Assembly (NCBI GenBank): GCA_046563655.1
Contig: CM102284.1
Location: 6,138,001 to 6,202,000, forward strand
Source of the DNA: Yuukianura sp. NJ FZ-2021
Taxonomy: Eukaryota
Direction: 5' to 3'
Length of the DNA: 64,000 nucleotides
Each line of letters begins with the position of its first letter. The first letter of the stretch is position 1. A program made the position numbers and the translations under genes. The notes below the pieces were generated by a model. That model made no database searches and was not told where the DNA came from. It saw only the letters and a program-made list of their open reading frames with translations. Positions 26,301-41,747 of this stretch are shown piece after piece.

Positions 26301-29300
26301 GAGATGCTGATCTGAATCGTCAGTTGACCAAACTACTGTTCTGCAAAACTCTTCAGTTGATATGCTGCGATAAACTCAAGACTGCGTTGGATCCGAAGAC
26401 GCTTGATGCCTTTAGGGTTGCAGCCCTGAAAGCTCTCCTCTCCATGTTCAAGGCTGATGCTAAAGTACACATCACACAAGACATGATGGAAGAATTTCTT
26501 TTGGAGGAAGATGGACTCGTTATTTTTGTAAGCCTTTTTTATAATTGGGAGACTGGAGCTTTTTTTGTCATATTTTTTCGAAATTTTGTTCGTTTTCACT
26601 TTTTATGACGTTTCAAGCCATTTCCTATCGTTTTCTGCAAAAAAAAAATATTCTTTGAAAAATTCCGGGGAACCCTCTTTGCATTTTTTTCGATTTGTCA
26701 CGGTTTGTCTGGTGTGAAGATGATGAATTCATTTTTAATTTTTAATTTTTTTGAAACAGGTCCAGTTCCTTCTAAAAGTGGAAACCATGGAAGTACTTGC
26801 TTCTGGTTCTCAGCTACTGGCGATTTTACTGGTGAAAACTAGTCAAGTGAGTGGAAGAAAAGTGCTAAGCGTCTTCGCTGGAGTTGAAAACCTGCGTGAC
26901 CTTCCAAAGCACTTCTTCAGTCTCAAATTTTTCATGTCCGAGTACTTTATGGCCTCCGTAAGTCAACTGTTTGAGGTTCTTCTGAGCCTTGCCAACGAGC
27001 AACCCGATCTCTGTCACGCTGCACTCTTCAAAGACCTCCTTGTACGAACCATTCAAGTAGCCAAGGACAATTTCGTCCTTGGAATTGAAGCAGAGCCTAA
27101 GAAATGGGGGTCATTTGCAACGTTGTTGAAAATTCTTATCAAGATGGCAGCAGCGTCAGTAGGGGAAGAAATCAATGGTCATGCTATTGTTTTCAGAGAA
27201 ATGACTATTTGGTTTGAAGCGTTCGTTCAGAACTTTGATTCGTACATGGCAGTGAAGAAGTCAAAACCGGAAGTGGCAGGCCCATTGGGTCCGATGGAAG
27301 TGATGTTGCAGTATATGCTGGATGCTGGACGAGTTTTGCGAGGAAGTCAAGCAAAAGAACCTGCGGAATTTGAACGAGAGGGAACTCCAACGAGTCTACC
27401 ACTGGATTGGGAGGACTTTGATAACATGACTGACGGAGCTGAAGATGATGAGGATGAAAGCGGAGATGATTCTGTAAGTTTTTGCACACTCTGAATTCAA
27501 GGTGTTTCAAAATGAAAGTTTTTTTAAAATTCAAAAGTTTGAGAAAAACGTTGTTTTTACTTGCAGGACGACGAAGGACTGAATGGAAAGCTATGTACTT
27601 ACACAGTTACACAGAAGGAGTTTATGACTCAACATTGGTACCATTGTCACACTTGTGGAATGACGGATCGCGTTGGCGTTTGCTCCGTTTGTGCTCGTGT
27701 TTGTCACAATGGTCACGACGTGACATACTCCAAGTTTGGATCATTCTTCTGTGATTGCGGAGCACGAACTGATGGTGGATGCATTGTAAGATGAAAATTT
27801 GGCTAATAATTTCAAAACTTCACTGCTCAACTTTTTTTTTGTTTCGTAGGCCCTTACTAGGCGACCATCAGCATCACACGAATTTCCTTCTTCAGCTGCT
27901 AGCCGTGATTTGCTGCCTCAACCAGCGCCGAATCCATCTCGAGAACGGAAACCAACTGTAGATTCTTCAGGAGCACAAAGCGCTACCAAATCTCGGGACA
28001 CCAAAGGATCAGCTGATCATAATCGAAACACAGTCAAAATCATTCTCAACGAACCAACTCGAGTAGAACTTGAGCAAGCATTTCGTGAACTCAGTCAAAA
28101 AATTCCAATGACCACACTCGAAGAAGTCAGGAAAGTAATAAGTCGGGCATCGACGGAAAAAGCAGCCATTGGAGCTTTTCTTAGAGTCCGCCAAGCACTT
28201 CAAACACTACGAAAAGGAAAAAGTGGTGAATTTGAATGTCGTTCGACAGAAGAACTCCTTAGCCAAGGAATTGGCTCACAGGAGGGGACATTCGACAACA
28301 TCAAGATGCAGTACAATGGAGATCATGGAGCCCACACTCGTCAGCTGATCACGAATCAAGTAATTCGGAGAACAGTTATTTCGTCGCTGGCTTCTCCAGG
28401 ATCCAAGAGACATTTCATGGCTATCACTCAAGAGAAAGGAAAACTGTCAATACTTCAACTCGGAACTTTACTGTGCAGCGGAGGAAGCGATTCAGCGAAG
28501 AAGAAACTTACGCTGCCCAAACTGGCAACAGTTTCCGTTCCGTTTACTATCCTCACGATGGCCTCAAATCCGATCAGAGATGACGTGATTGCTATTTGTG
28601 GACTAAAGGATTGTCAGGTACGTAAAAAGCGACGAAAGAAATCGAAATATATCGCTAAAAATGCTGGATGAAGGCAGTAGTGACTTATGTTCATACGTTT
28701 TCCATAATTTTTAGGTTATTGTTGTTGGAACGGCTGGAACAATTAGTTCACAACTGACTGTCAAAACACAATTGGAAACTCAAAATCATATTATCAAGCC
28801 ACTTTGGCTTCCTGGATCAGAAACTGAGCTTGCACTGTGTACAGCCGACGGTGTTCGAATTTATGACCTGTTGAAAGACTCGGAACAACCGACTTTCCAT
28901 TTTCTTTTGCCGTCAGGAAAAGTCAGAGACTTGACTTTTGTTGTTCAGGTAAAGTTTTTACAAGCATCCGAAACATTTTGTAGATTTGACGTTCTGAGTG
29001 CAGTTTCTTAATGGTGGAATTTGCCTTCGTTTTTTGCAGAAAGACTGTCGATGGATCTTGATCATGGGCAGCGATGGTAGAATCTATTCAGAGAAATTGG
29101 ACGGTTCGACGAGTGCTAGCAATGGACCTTATTACGCAACAAATGACTTGAACTATGGCGACAGTGACATGTTGCAAGAGAATCAACCTGCCGGTGCTGG
29201 AGATAAGAAGGGTGTGTCAATCTACTATTCTCATGCACTTGGACTACTATTCTACACTTATCCGAACGGAAAAAGTTATGTTGGCACACTGGAAGATCTC

Positions 29301-32300
29301 GGGGCTGCATCGCCCCTGAGTCGTGGAATACTGTTGACACCACATCCTGGAAAAGCCTTGAATTTGGGGCTGATGGGATGGTTCGAAGTTCTAGGTCATC
29401 CGGGCTTAATTTTTGCAATGGGCGCAAGTAAGTACACTCTCTCTTCAGTCTTTATGTGTAAACAGAAATGAGAAGTTATTGAATCATGAGTTTTTCTTTA
29501 GGCTCATCTCCTTACTGTCTCTTCTTCACTGGAAATGGTTCTTACATTCAAGAAATCCGATTGCCGGGAAAACTCAAAGGTTTGGATAATGTTGCTGTTC
29601 GACATCCATATCCAGGAAGTGGAAAGTCGAAGACGTCGCTTCTTGTAAGTCAAGCGTTAAGAAAATTTGGAGTTAATTTGCCTAATTTAATCTAAACTGT
29701 GTATTGTAGACGCTTTGCGATGATGGATCTCTACGTATTTCAAACACATCGGATTTGACAGAGTACTGGCTTAATCTTCGACCACAACATGAGTTTACTC
29801 GAAATGCATCAGGAGCCCGAGGAGGTGGAAATAAGCTGCTTGGAATCAATAAGCGAATGTCCAAATACACGAGGGTGGCTGGAGGTCAACTGCTGTTTCC
29901 AGCCGACTTTTTCGAATACTCTACTCCTTTGGATGTTGAATTTGGCGGAAATGATCTTCTCCATATTTACAATGCGGCACAAATCAAGTCACGATTGGAT
30001 AACCCTGCCATGTACATTGTTTGCGCCAAGAGCACTGGATTCAACCTTGAAATCACTTCAACAGATCCAACCAAGGTTATTACCGGAATCCGCGTTTCAG
30101 TTGGACAGCAAGACGTTAGACGAATTCCGACGAATATTAGACTTCATGGAAGGACAATCACTGTTCAGCCTTCTCGTCACCGATGGTACGATATTCCACT
30201 GACGCGTGAAGAAAGCTTGGCATCGGATCAGAGAATTGCGCTGACCTTTGGAGTTTCAATAGATCCGGCGTGTGTTACGATTGTTGATTGCGTCAAAGTG
30301 TAAGTTTGTGCATCCATACTCAATTTTGTCACAAGAAGGTGGAATTTTTGTTTTATTTTTTTCTTTTCCTCAATAGATATGGAAAGAGCAAAGACGCTTT
30401 CGCTTGGCCGGAAGACAGTGAAATTGGAAACGAAAACGGAAGTTCAGTTCAAGCTCCAGCAATTCCTGAGAAATCTGCAGAAGATTCTCTTCTCGAAAGG
30501 TAGGATTATATCAAGTTTAAACTAAATTCAGCAACATTCGGGCGCTTATTTTGTGTTTCTTTGTTTGCAGAGTTGTTCGCAGTTCATTGGACCTTGTGGA
30601 AGTAGCATTTCGAATTTGTCCCAAAGATGGACCAGAAACGGAGAAACTTCTGGAGTTGGTGACTTCAATTTATCTAGAAAGCTACGGACCATTCAACGGC
30701 TCTTGTCGAAATCTTATGACTACGTTGCTTCCGAATCCATTGGCATTTTTTGACCATAGAGACAAAGCTCTATTTTCACATGCTATTCATGAACTCATGG
30801 TTCTTGATTCGCTGGACATTCATGATGTGGACCCAGAGCAGTTCACGCAGTTGCTGCTGATCATCAAAAACATTGCTTTGTTACGACCCAATCACATTTC
30901 GACGTACGCCTACTCTGACATTGGATGTAAGAGAATTGCTTACTTGTATATTTTATTTTATGAAGTCACTAGTAGTCAAGGTTTGTGTAGAATTGGACTG
31001 ATTTTTATGAATTGTTTTACAGTTGGACCGATGTGTGTTCAAAGAGTGGTTGAAACACTGGTGAACATTTTTCTGCGATTGGTGGAAGCCAAGCCAAACA
31101 ATCAATTTGTCGCTTCCTTGGATCGCACGGGTAATTTCTCAACTCAACCGATCAAGTATTTCACGACGAGTGAATGATTCTAAGTTTTTGTCACATCGAA
31201 TTACGATTATTTGTAAATTTTTAGGAATTCAGCGCATCCCAACAGTGGCACTGGCACTTGCAGAAATTCTGTTTGCAGTCATGAGTTCAGACTTGACGCT
31301 AGTTCCACCTCTTGCTCGTTGTCTCGTCTCCTTGCTGGAAAAAGGACCAGAAATCTCCATTTCTGTCAAAACTGTTTTCATTAGAAGATTGAGACCAAAA
31401 AATATCAAGAAACGCAGATCAATCTTGTCTTCAGAACTAACTCCGCGTCCACATGCCCACCCTCACTCGCAGCGACCTCCTGAACCGGCGCTACCTGTTG
31501 AAGTTGACGACGCTATTGTTGGCCTTGGAGGCGTGGATCAGGGAGATGCCAATGAAGGAATTCCCCCGGACATGATGAACGTTCTGGAAGCATATGGAGA
31601 TGATGGAGAAGATGGGTATGCTCCAGTGATTGACCTACAATCGGATGCTGAAGATGAAGCCATGGTGGAACTCGCCATCGCGTTGAGCCTTCAAGAACAA
31701 GCAGGAGGTGCTGCTTTGGCAATTCAGGGAATACAACAAGGACTTCAGGCTCTGGAGGATATGCATCAAGAAGTGTTGGCACAACAAGCAATGAATCAAC
31801 CACAAGAAGAAGAGGAAGAAATGGAAGCACCGATGTTGGATGCTGCTGGGGTTGAAGTTGGAATTGATGCTGAATCGGATGATGCTACAGCTTCGCCACC
31901 ACCTTCTGACGACGAAGTTTCAACGCCACCAGCAACAACAAGAAATCCTCATGTAACAACTCAGCTTGCTAAATTAGTTTTTAAAGATTTTGTTTATAGG
32001 GGAATTACTTCATGTTTTGTGTTTTTATTCAGGGCGGTTCGGAAAGTTCCGGAAGTTCAAACGGGGGAGGTGGAAGTGGAAGAAGACGAACACGAAATCC
32101 AGCAGGGAACGTTACACGACTAGAATCTGGACGCGGTGAAGATGATTTGAACACTCCTAATAGTGCATCCAGAATTGAGAAACCGGGAAGTTCAGGCTCA
32201 ACTTTTCAATTTCCTGTAAATACGGATATCAATACTTACAAACCGCTACGAGTAGCTCTATTGAAAGCACTTTCTTCTCGGATCACAATTTGCAACTCGG

Positions 32301-35300
32301 CGCACAGTCTGATCCCAATTCTTCAAGTTGTGCTTCAAATTCTGTCGGATTTGGATGGAAGCTCAGATGATGAAACAAAAGCAGTAGAAGAACTAATGGA
32401 GGCTCTGCTTCAAATTATGAGCATCAACGTAAGTTCAAACCTCTATTTTTTGAAATATTTTTGAGAAAGAGTTGGTTTCAATTTTTTTCAACGTTTAGGA
32501 TGTGAACCGAAAAGATGAGTGGAAACGAACTCCTCGTGCTGAGATTTCACTCGTCGTTTTGCGGATGCTGAGTATCTGTGTTGCCAGATTCAGAACATCG
32601 GATTTGAAATCTGAGAGCATGTGGATTGCAAAAACCACCGCTGGAGTAATTGCAAATGCTGGAATTGTTCCTTACTGCAAAGAGTTGCTGTATGTTCTTC
32701 GTCCTACTTGGAAGGGGTAAGTTTTATTAACTTGGCTGAATATTTGTATTATTTTTACACATTATGCACTGGGCTTTCTCTGTACATTTGCAAATTTTGT
32801 GTTTGAAGGACCGACGAAGAGGAGGATAAAAATGCAGCAGTAACTGTGAAATGCTTGAAGTCTTCTCCAGTATCTAGTGTTCCTGATCTGCATCCATTTT
32901 TCTTGAAGCAATACGTCAAGTCACACGCTACTGACCTTCTGGAAGAGCTCCCGCTCCTCCTCTCAGAAATGACACTACGAATTCCTTACCAAATCAAGAA
33001 AGTCCTAGGAGTCAACACTCTGTTTGACACGGAATGGGAACACCTTCTCTGTGACATGCTGCAATGTCGACATACTCCATTTGTGCGACGACAAGCCAGG
33101 AAACTGTTGTTGAATATTGCTGGAACACGGGAGGGATACCATCTTCTAAGAGATCTATTTCATATCAACTTCCATTTGTCCGGATTCCAGAAATTAATTG
33201 GAGATGGCAAGTCTGTTGTCAAACCAGAATTCAATTACTCTACTTTGGTTACAATGGTTGAAAACTTGAACACAGTCATTGAAATTGCAACGCAAAGGTA
33301 AACTTTAGTTGAAAAATTGGACTACTTGTGTTATTTTGTTAGTGTCGAAGTATGCACTGATATGTTTCTTGAATTCATTTTTAGACCGAGTAGCTGGCAA
33401 GTATTCTGTAGGTCCGAACCAATCATACAGTTCTTGGTGGAAGTGAGCTCAAGATCAGATGAAAGCTTGACAACAGCTATTCTAACACTTCTGAAAATTG
33501 CCATTGATGGAGTTACGTTCGATTCTAAAACGGAGTCACCAATTCTCAAACTTTCGGATGAAGAGAAGGCTCAGAAGTCTTTAGCTCATGTCATAATCGA
33601 CACTGTGGACAAGAAGTTGTTTCTGGAATTTGTCAAGAAATATTTACTGGAACATGGAACTGTCTCTTCACGATGGCATGCTCATGCTCTGTTGTTGTCA
33701 CTTTTACTCTGCTCTGATTCCCAACATCAGTTGAAGCTCGTGAACGCACTTTGGGAACTTTGGCCATTCGTTCCAGGTAAGCTGGCGAAGTTTATTTTTT
33801 ACGGTGACTGCAGAAGTTTCAAAATTTCTAATCATCTTGGTCACTTTTCTTCAATTTCAGCCGCTGGATCACGTGCTGCACAATTCGTGGATATTTTGGG
33901 TTACGCGACTTTGAGAAATGATGAGGTCAAAGCTGGAAATGTAAGTTTTGCTCTCGTTTTCATTTTTAAGACTAAAAGTAAGAAGAACGGAGTGCTTATG
34001 TTTTATTTTATTTCGCTGCAGCTTCGAGATCATGTACATCGCTTAGTTAGCTCAATTGAAGAGCAAGGCAGTGCTCTACTGGCCCATCCCAATGCTAATA
34101 TCTACGCTTCACTTGTTCCATTCGTCTCTGTTGACGGGTATTACTTGGAATCGGAGCCTTGCGGAGTCTGTTACAATGTTGACAGAGTTTACACACCACA
34201 GAAGTTGACTACAGTCAAGGCTGATGCGAAGTACACCGCAAATCACCAATTCATCAAGCTTACAAGTACTTTGAACATCGTTCGTCTGAGTCTCCGCCTA
34301 TCTGAGATCAAGAAAGCACGCATGATCAAGACCATGGGCGTCTACTACTCGCGAAAGAATATTTCAATTGTGGAACTCAAGAATCACAGAAGTCACTGGC
34401 AGTTGGCGAAGAAAGTCACCTTGTCACCATCACAAGCTGAAGTGAAATTGGACTTTAGCGTTCCCATTACTGCTGCCAACCTCATCTTGGAATTTAGCGA
34501 ATTCTATGAAAACAGTAGTGGAAGCGTAGAAACTCTGCAATGTCCTCGCTGCTCAGCATCTGTTCCAGCCTCGCCCGGAGTTTGTTCCAACTGTGGTGAA
34601 AATGTTTTTCAATGCCACAAATGCAGAGCTATCAACTACGACGAGAGAGATCCATTCCTGTGTCACTCTTGTGGATTCTGCAAATACGCAAAAATGGATA
34701 TGAATCTTCTGGCTAAATCAATTGTAGCGGTGGATCCAATAGGTAATTTCGATTTGTTTTTGATTCTTGATTGATGTGTTTAATTTCGACGGTTATGGTT
34801 TACCCCAATTCGAGATGATGACCCATTTCGACGCCGTTTGTGAAAAACGATTTTTTCTCACTTAGTATTTTTCTCTAATTTGGTAGTTTGAATGTCGATT
34901 TAAACTACGAAATATTTAAATTAAATATTTTCGACTGGCAGTTAGGTATCTCATCCAAAAAAAAAAAATTTTCCTACATCAAAATTTTAGTTTTTCATTG
35001 ATTTTCAAGAAATTGTAAAAACTAAAAATTCCCTAGCATGTATTTTCCGCATTTATGGGAAATTGGAAAAATTCCAAAATATTCTTAAAAAAACACCATC
35101 ACATCACATCACACCATCCACTTTTCTACGATATTAATGTACTTTTGGAAAAAGACAAGATTTGGCTGAGAAAATGACTAAAGTGTATTTTCCTCATTTA
35201 TGAGAAAGTTAAAAAATTCCAAAATATTGTTTTTTGAAAACACCATCACACCTTCTAACTTTCTAGCTTTTTACTTCTGTAGAAAGTCACGATGAGGCTG

Positions 35301-38300
35301 GAAAAATCGCTAAAGTGTATTTTCCTCATTTATGAGAAGTTTAAAAAATTCATATTTTATGTTTTTATGGATAGCAGTTTGATGGATGTTTCATACGATT
35401 TTTTTTGTATAGAAAATGAAGAGGATCACAAGAAAGCGGAAACTGCAGTCAGTACTTTACTAGAGAAAGCTGATGCGACTTACAGACAAACTCAGACAAC
35501 AAAAGCAAATCTCGAGGTATGACGATATTGTTGAGTAGAAGCTGCAATTCTTTAGGAAAAGAAATCTAGAAATGTTCGGTTCGAATTCAATTCCACTGAT
35601 TTCATAATTGGATGATTTTTAGACAATGCTTCAATCGATAAAGGAACGAAGGTCCATGGCTGGTTTACCAACAGTGGGACTCATTGCAACTGCCGGAGGA
35701 TCTCAGTCGGCACCACAACCACAACTTTTTATTCCAGCACATGCTCAACTGCCAGCAAGTTATGCTGCAGTTTTGGCTGGTGCTGGAGTTGGAAACAACA
35801 ATGTGTCTCTGGTAAATTTAACAACTGGGGCCGGTGGACAGGCGACAGCAGGACTAGCGCAAAACCTAGCAGCACATGCAGCAGGAGCAGGAGCATCGGG
35901 AACAGCACCGCTACCAACTCTGAGAAATGTTCAGAGTCTGGCTTACGGTTACGCAATTGACTGCAAAGGTTATTACGAGGAGCTCAACAGACTCATGAGC
36001 GTACGTAAAATTTTGACAATGAGTTACATATATTGGAAAGTTTATATTCGCAAGTATTAGAAAATGTTTTCTAAACTTTTTGCTTATTTTTAGCGTGTTG
36101 GAGCCTATCGAAGGGAAATGCTAAAACTGGATCCAAGCGCCTACCAACTGGACACAATGGACAACGTAACGTATCGAAGATGCTATGGATGCATGGCTGG
36201 AAGCATCACACAATCTTTGAAATTGCTCCAAGCGTTGATAACAGCCGGAAGTCCCAGAGATCCGTTTGATCTGTCGTTTCTGGGCTTTCTTCTACGTCTG
36301 TCCCAAGCTGCTGGCTCAACCACGCTGAAGGAACAAATCCGAAATGCACTTTGCTTCTTCGTCAAGGATGATCCACTTGCTACAACACAACTAACTGACA
36401 TGATTGTTGGACGCGTCACGAAAGTACTGGATAAGGAGACCTGGTCTGATTTGAGTTTTGAAACTGCCGAGGAAGTATCACTGCTGGCATCTCTTTTGCA
36501 AATGTACGACTCGTGCTGGGAAATTAAGCTTCGAAGTTTGATGAAAGTGTTCACGAGATCTCTGAACAGACTGCAATCTCCAAATGGAAGTGAAAGTGGA
36601 CTACTGCCATGTCTCAAAATTATCCAGTCGTTTATCAAGGGAGGAGAACAGTTGGTAAGTTAATTGATTTCAAAGTTTCCAGTAATTAAGTGAAAAATGT
36701 TGAATGTGTTTTTCTTCGTAGCAAGAGAAAGACAAGGAAGTGAGTACGCTGAGTGCTGTCGAAGATGTTCATGTCAATTTGGAGGAATGGCTGAAAGGAA
36801 ACCCGGAGGAGTCATTTGAAACTTGGAGACGACGAATGCCGAAGGCTGTGAAAGAAGTCAAAGTGAAGAAGCGCAAGAGTGATGGCGGAGAAAGTCGCAG
36901 AATGTACTTGACAACGAAATATGGTCGAGCTTGGCGCGAAAAGTTTCTGCATATGAAGCATCCTTCCATGCGCCGACTTGAATTGAACCATGAACTGTCT
37001 TGGATGAAGAAACTTCTGTTTTGTCCGGGTTCCATTCAGACAAGGACTGTAACAGCAGCATTACTGAAGGATTTAGCTTCGACACCACCAAGGCGTCTCA
37101 AGGTATGGAATTTACTTTTACTTTACTTTGCTTTTAATGAATGACTGATTTATAAGTAATAATTGAGTTTTTAAATGCTTTGAAATTGCTAGATCATGGA
37201 ACTCCTGACGTACTTTTTGAAGTACTTGCCAGAATACAGTGAATCATGTCACGAATTCATGGACCTTTATCGTACGCTTGCAACTCCAGCGGAATTTTCA
37301 GCGTTTCTCAACGCCAAAGGAGCTCTGAATATTGTTTGCGGTTTGCTGGAAGGAGAAATTGAAAAACTTCACCGCCGAGAATCAATCACACTTCACTCGG
37401 ATCTTGCACAGGGAGTAGCTGTTTGGGAACTGTCGAAACTTTTGGCCACTTTGGCTATTCCATCAGTTTGCAGAAGTAAGCGTCGATCGTTACTGTCAAC
37501 TGTACTTGGAGGGTACTTGGCACTTCGAAGACTTCGTCTGCACAGAACGCGGCCAGTAGATGAAGCTCAGGAGACTCTTCTGTCACTACTCGAGGATCAA
37601 GTAATAACAAAAGGAACGGAGGAGGAGACGAAAGTGTTCATGTCGGTTTGTGTTGAAACGCTGAGAAAATGTCCTAAAGACGATCTTACAACTCCAGTCT
37701 TTGTTTTTGAGCGGCTCTGCTCATTGATTTTACACGAAGAAAGCGACGTGGCTGAATTCTATGTGACATTGGACAAGGATCCTCAGCAGGAAGACTTTTT
37801 GCAGGGAAGAATGCTTGGAAATCCGTACAAGAGCTCTGATACTGGAATTGGGCCGCTCATGAGAGACATCAAGAACAAGGTATGCACGGATTGCGAGCTG
37901 GTGGCCCTGCTGGAGGATGACAATGGAATGGAGCTTCTTGTGAATAACAAAATCATCTCTCTGGACCTTCCAGTGAAGGAGGTAAGTCGTAACGATTTCG
38001 CCTCTACTCAATTGATTATAGGGACTTTTGAAATTTTGTGTAATTGTCTAAATAAGACTATAAATTGTGCTTTATTTCGTTACTTGTAGGTTTACAAAAG
38101 ACTCTGGGTTCCCACGAATGGTCAACTGGAGCCAATGCGAATTGTTTACCGAATGCGAGGACTCCTTGGAGATGCTACGGAAGAATTTGTGGAAACATTT
38201 GCTGCTCCATCAGACGGAACTGAAGATGATGAGACAACTTACAAGTTGGCAAATGTTCTGGTTGCATCTGGAGGTTTGGACGTTGTTCTCAAGAGTTTGG

Positions 38301-41068
38301 AGAACGTTTTGGCTGTGCCGTTCGTCGTCTCACGTGGAAAACCTTTTATCGCAGTAATTTTGAAGCTTATCGGCTACGTTGTAAAAGTCAAGAGTGGAAG
38401 AGCCGCTTTTCTGAATCCGGAACTCACCTCGGTCCAAACTCTTCTTCCGATTCTTCATCTCTGTCTGGAACATGATCTTAGCTGTATCACGGGATCATCT
38501 GGCGTGGTTGTTCTCGCTGATCAGCTTCTTGAGGTATATCTGTATTCTTTATTGCAAATAATTTATATATATTACAAATTGTTATATTTCTACATTGCTA
38601 TTCGCACGATTACCCCAAAAAGCTATTAGCTGACCAACCTCTGTAACATTTCAGATCCTGGACGTGATTCTTTCGGACGGCTTCGAACTTGGTACTAAAT
38701 CTGAAAGTGCCTTTCTGGCATTCGCAGAGTCTCGTGGATCGCTTCAAGATATTGAAAAGCTGCTTCTTCTCACGGGTATGCGACATTCTAAAGAACGTTT
38801 TGGGGAGTTTTTTAATGGAAATGTTTCGGCAAACTTTATATTTTGTGTTTGTTCTTAACGTTTTAGATCGAATGAAAGGGAAGCCTCAAACACTTGGAAC
38901 ACTGTTGAAGGTTCTAGGATGCTTGTCGTTTCGGGATAAGGAAAAAATGAATCTCATTTTCGATTACTACGGAGATTCTCTGAACTTCTTCTATTTTGAT
39001 GAGGATGCAACTCCGGATTCGACAATGAAGGTGACAATCTTTAAGTATTTAAAATCGAGACCATAACTTTATACGGAGTTGTTTGTTTTTAGCTGGACCA
39101 ATTCTGCACTCTTGTGACAAGTATACCCATTGGACCGTTCGGTAGATCATTCAAGGATCTTGCGCTGGAACGTCGTGTCGTGGAGGGCTGTTTGGATTAC
39201 ATGCGTCATCGAGCTCCAATTCTTGAACCACCATTGGGACGTCCAGATTCTGATGAATGGAAGGAGATGGTATCGAAACCGGCGTTGAAGTATGTGCTTC
39301 GTATTCTTGGAGGATTGGCGACCGACCACGAACCAACTCAAGAGGCGCTCACAAGTCTGATTCCGGTTATTCATCAATTGGAACAAGTCTCTTCTGATGA
39401 GCATGTTGGATCTTTGGCGGAAAATGCACTGGAAGCTTTGCGATCTCATGAGAATGTAAGAGGAAAAGTTGTGTATATTTTTGAAAACTTAATGTGAAAT
39501 ATTTTTCTTATAATTTCTAGATTTGGAAAGAAGTAGAAAATGCACGAAGGGCAACACGCGAGGAAAAGAAGCGCCTTGCAATGGCTATGAGAACACGTCA
39601 GTTGAATGCAATTGGAATGAAGACGAATGAGAAGGGACAAGTTACGGCTGCAGCGGGCTTGACATTGCTGGATCAAATGGATGAACTTGGGGAGGAAACT
39701 GGATTGATCTGCGCCATTTGCAGAGAAGGCTACAAGTTTCAACCGACGAAAGCCCTTGGAATTTATACTTTCACGAAACGAATTGTTTTGGATGAAGCTG
39801 AATCGACGAAACCTCGCAGAACATATGGCTACTCAACTGTGTCTCACTTCAATGTCGTCCATATTGACTGTCACATGGCAGCCATTCGGTAAGACATCAA
39901 ATTGAGGAATTTTGCACTTTAAACTTGCTCTTCACATCCAAATTGAAAAATTTTGCAGTTCAAACGTGTACCTCATTGTTTTATTTCCATTGTTTTATTT
40001 CTTTAGACTTGCTAGAGGAAGAGACGAATGGGAATCAGCATCTCTCCAGAATGGTAACACGAAGTGTAATGGGCTTATCCCGATGTGGGGTCCGCAAGTT
40101 CCGGAATCAGCTTTCGCTGCTTCTCTGGCACGTCACAATGCTTACTTGCAAGGTAAACTGTCAATAATACTGCTAAAAGCGGAGGATCTTTGTAGCAGTT
40201 TGCTTGAATTAACTTTTTTCTTCTTGAAAAACAGAATCGACAGCACACCGAGACGTTGGTTTTGCATCTGGAGTTCACGATATCAAGAGTCTACTGATTA
40301 GATTTGCTGAGGAGAAATCATTTCATGAGGACACTGGTGGTGGTGGTCCAGAATCAAACATGCATCTGATTCCATATCTGTTTCATACGACGCTCTACGT
40401 TCTCAACACAACGAGATTGGCAACCAAGGAGTGTACTTCATTGGACAAGTTCATCGCGCAGAGTCCAAACACTTGGAAAGATGACGTAGGAACCCTCGAA
40501 GGACCGTTCTACCAATTGGTTGTGTCTGTAATGGTTCATCCGCCTGCCAAGTAAGAACTTGCTGGATTTTTTTATGTAAATAATTTTCTGGCTATATTTA
40601 CTATGCATTTTTAATCAAAAATTCTAGGTGGAATGAAAGCCGTCTCTTGTGGATGAAACGGATCGTAACGCTTGGAGGAACTCGTTCGAAACGATTTGCG
40701 AATTCGGAATTTATTCACTTTCGACCTGGTTTGATCTTCTTTGGGCTCATTGATGGCCTGTATTCGATTGTTTTCAAGGTTAGCAACACTTAAGGACTAA
40801 ATTCATTGGAATTTGTTCATGAACCAAATTTTTTCAGGATGTTACTGCAAGTGGAGAGTGGCCAACAGTGCTGGCAGACTATATTCGGCGCCATGATGAA
40901 GCTCTGGAGAAATCTACAAGTGAATTGTTGAGAGTCTATCAGCAGAAGCTTCTTCCGGCTACGAATCTTGGAGAAATGTTTGCAGCACTTGGATTTGATG
41001 TTGGAGACATCCCTCAGTTTCTGGATTCTCTTTGGCCACAAAGCGGTTCATCCTCATCAAATGCGTAA
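20386..41068 (+). CDS. UBR4: E3 ubiquitin ligase UBR4 / p600 / purity of essence (pushover), many exons
   Basis: UBR-box [21 protein letters not shown]...CHNGH...FFCDCG (~27.6-27.8 kb); Cys-rich [41 protein letters not shown] (~34.5-34.7 kb); [20 protein letters not shown] and [21 protein letters not shown]-terminal CAICREGY...HIDCH and [18 protein letters not shown]. Start inferred at ATG 20386 (MGTPG), stop TAA 41066-41068. Confidence 0.95.
20603..21484. mobile_element. Foldback (palindromic) non-autonomous DNA element in UBR4 intron 1, Sola-like termini
   Basis: Outer inverted repeat 20602-20629 / 21458-21485; inner 364-bp arms 20668-21031 / 21065-21428 (one mismatch seen) around a 33-nt spacer; GAG...CTC termini with AACT duplicated on both sides. 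Confidence 0.85.
35038..35357. repeat. Degenerate ~135-140 bp tandem repeat (3 partial copies) in an enlarged UBR4 intron
   Basis: Core TGTATTTTCC(T/G)CATTTATG(A/G)GAA...AAAAATTC at ~35039, ~35185 and ~35316; AAAACACCATCACA is also repeated. Confidence 0.6.
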
Positions 41069-41747
41069 AGTTACTGCATCTATGTAAGCCAATTGCTTTA
41101 TTCAATTTAGAATCCGAGTGGATTGCTTTTGAGGTTCAATTTCAAAAATGCTGAGGGTAAGCTTAGTAATGATTATTCACAAAATTTGTCAATTGGTAAT
41201 AAATTTAATTCAAAAGGTAACAAACAGCAGACAAATGTGTTAGATTTTGACAAGATGCCAGGATGGACGGGAGAAAGTCCCGGTAATGTTGCAGTTCCTG
41301 GCAGAGACCGAAGTGACGGAAACGTCACTTTTCGGAAAATGACAGGGAAAAGCAAATTGGTACCTTAAGGAAGAGTAAATTTCGATGGATCCTGTGCTAT
41401 GTCACCCAACTGGGAAATGTGTGTTCAACGACGCGACAAATTCTGATGTATACACGCAATTCCCAAGATGCAATTGGAAAGAGAGCGAAGAGACACGAAT
41501 GGTTTCAGCTTTCAACTCTGTCTTAGCAATTAGAACTGAAATTAGGTTGTGGCAATTGAATTAAACGTTGGAGGAAGGAGGTGCATCAGTTGGAAGTTGT
41601 GACTGTTGTTGGCATTTGATAGGAAGAAGGTTGGGTCACGGGAGTGTCACTATTTTTGGGCACTACTTACTCAAAATTGAAACAGGATTTTGGGGTAGAA
41701 AAATCAGGAACCCTGTTCAGTCGTGTCAAAGAGCTGAGACATCCACG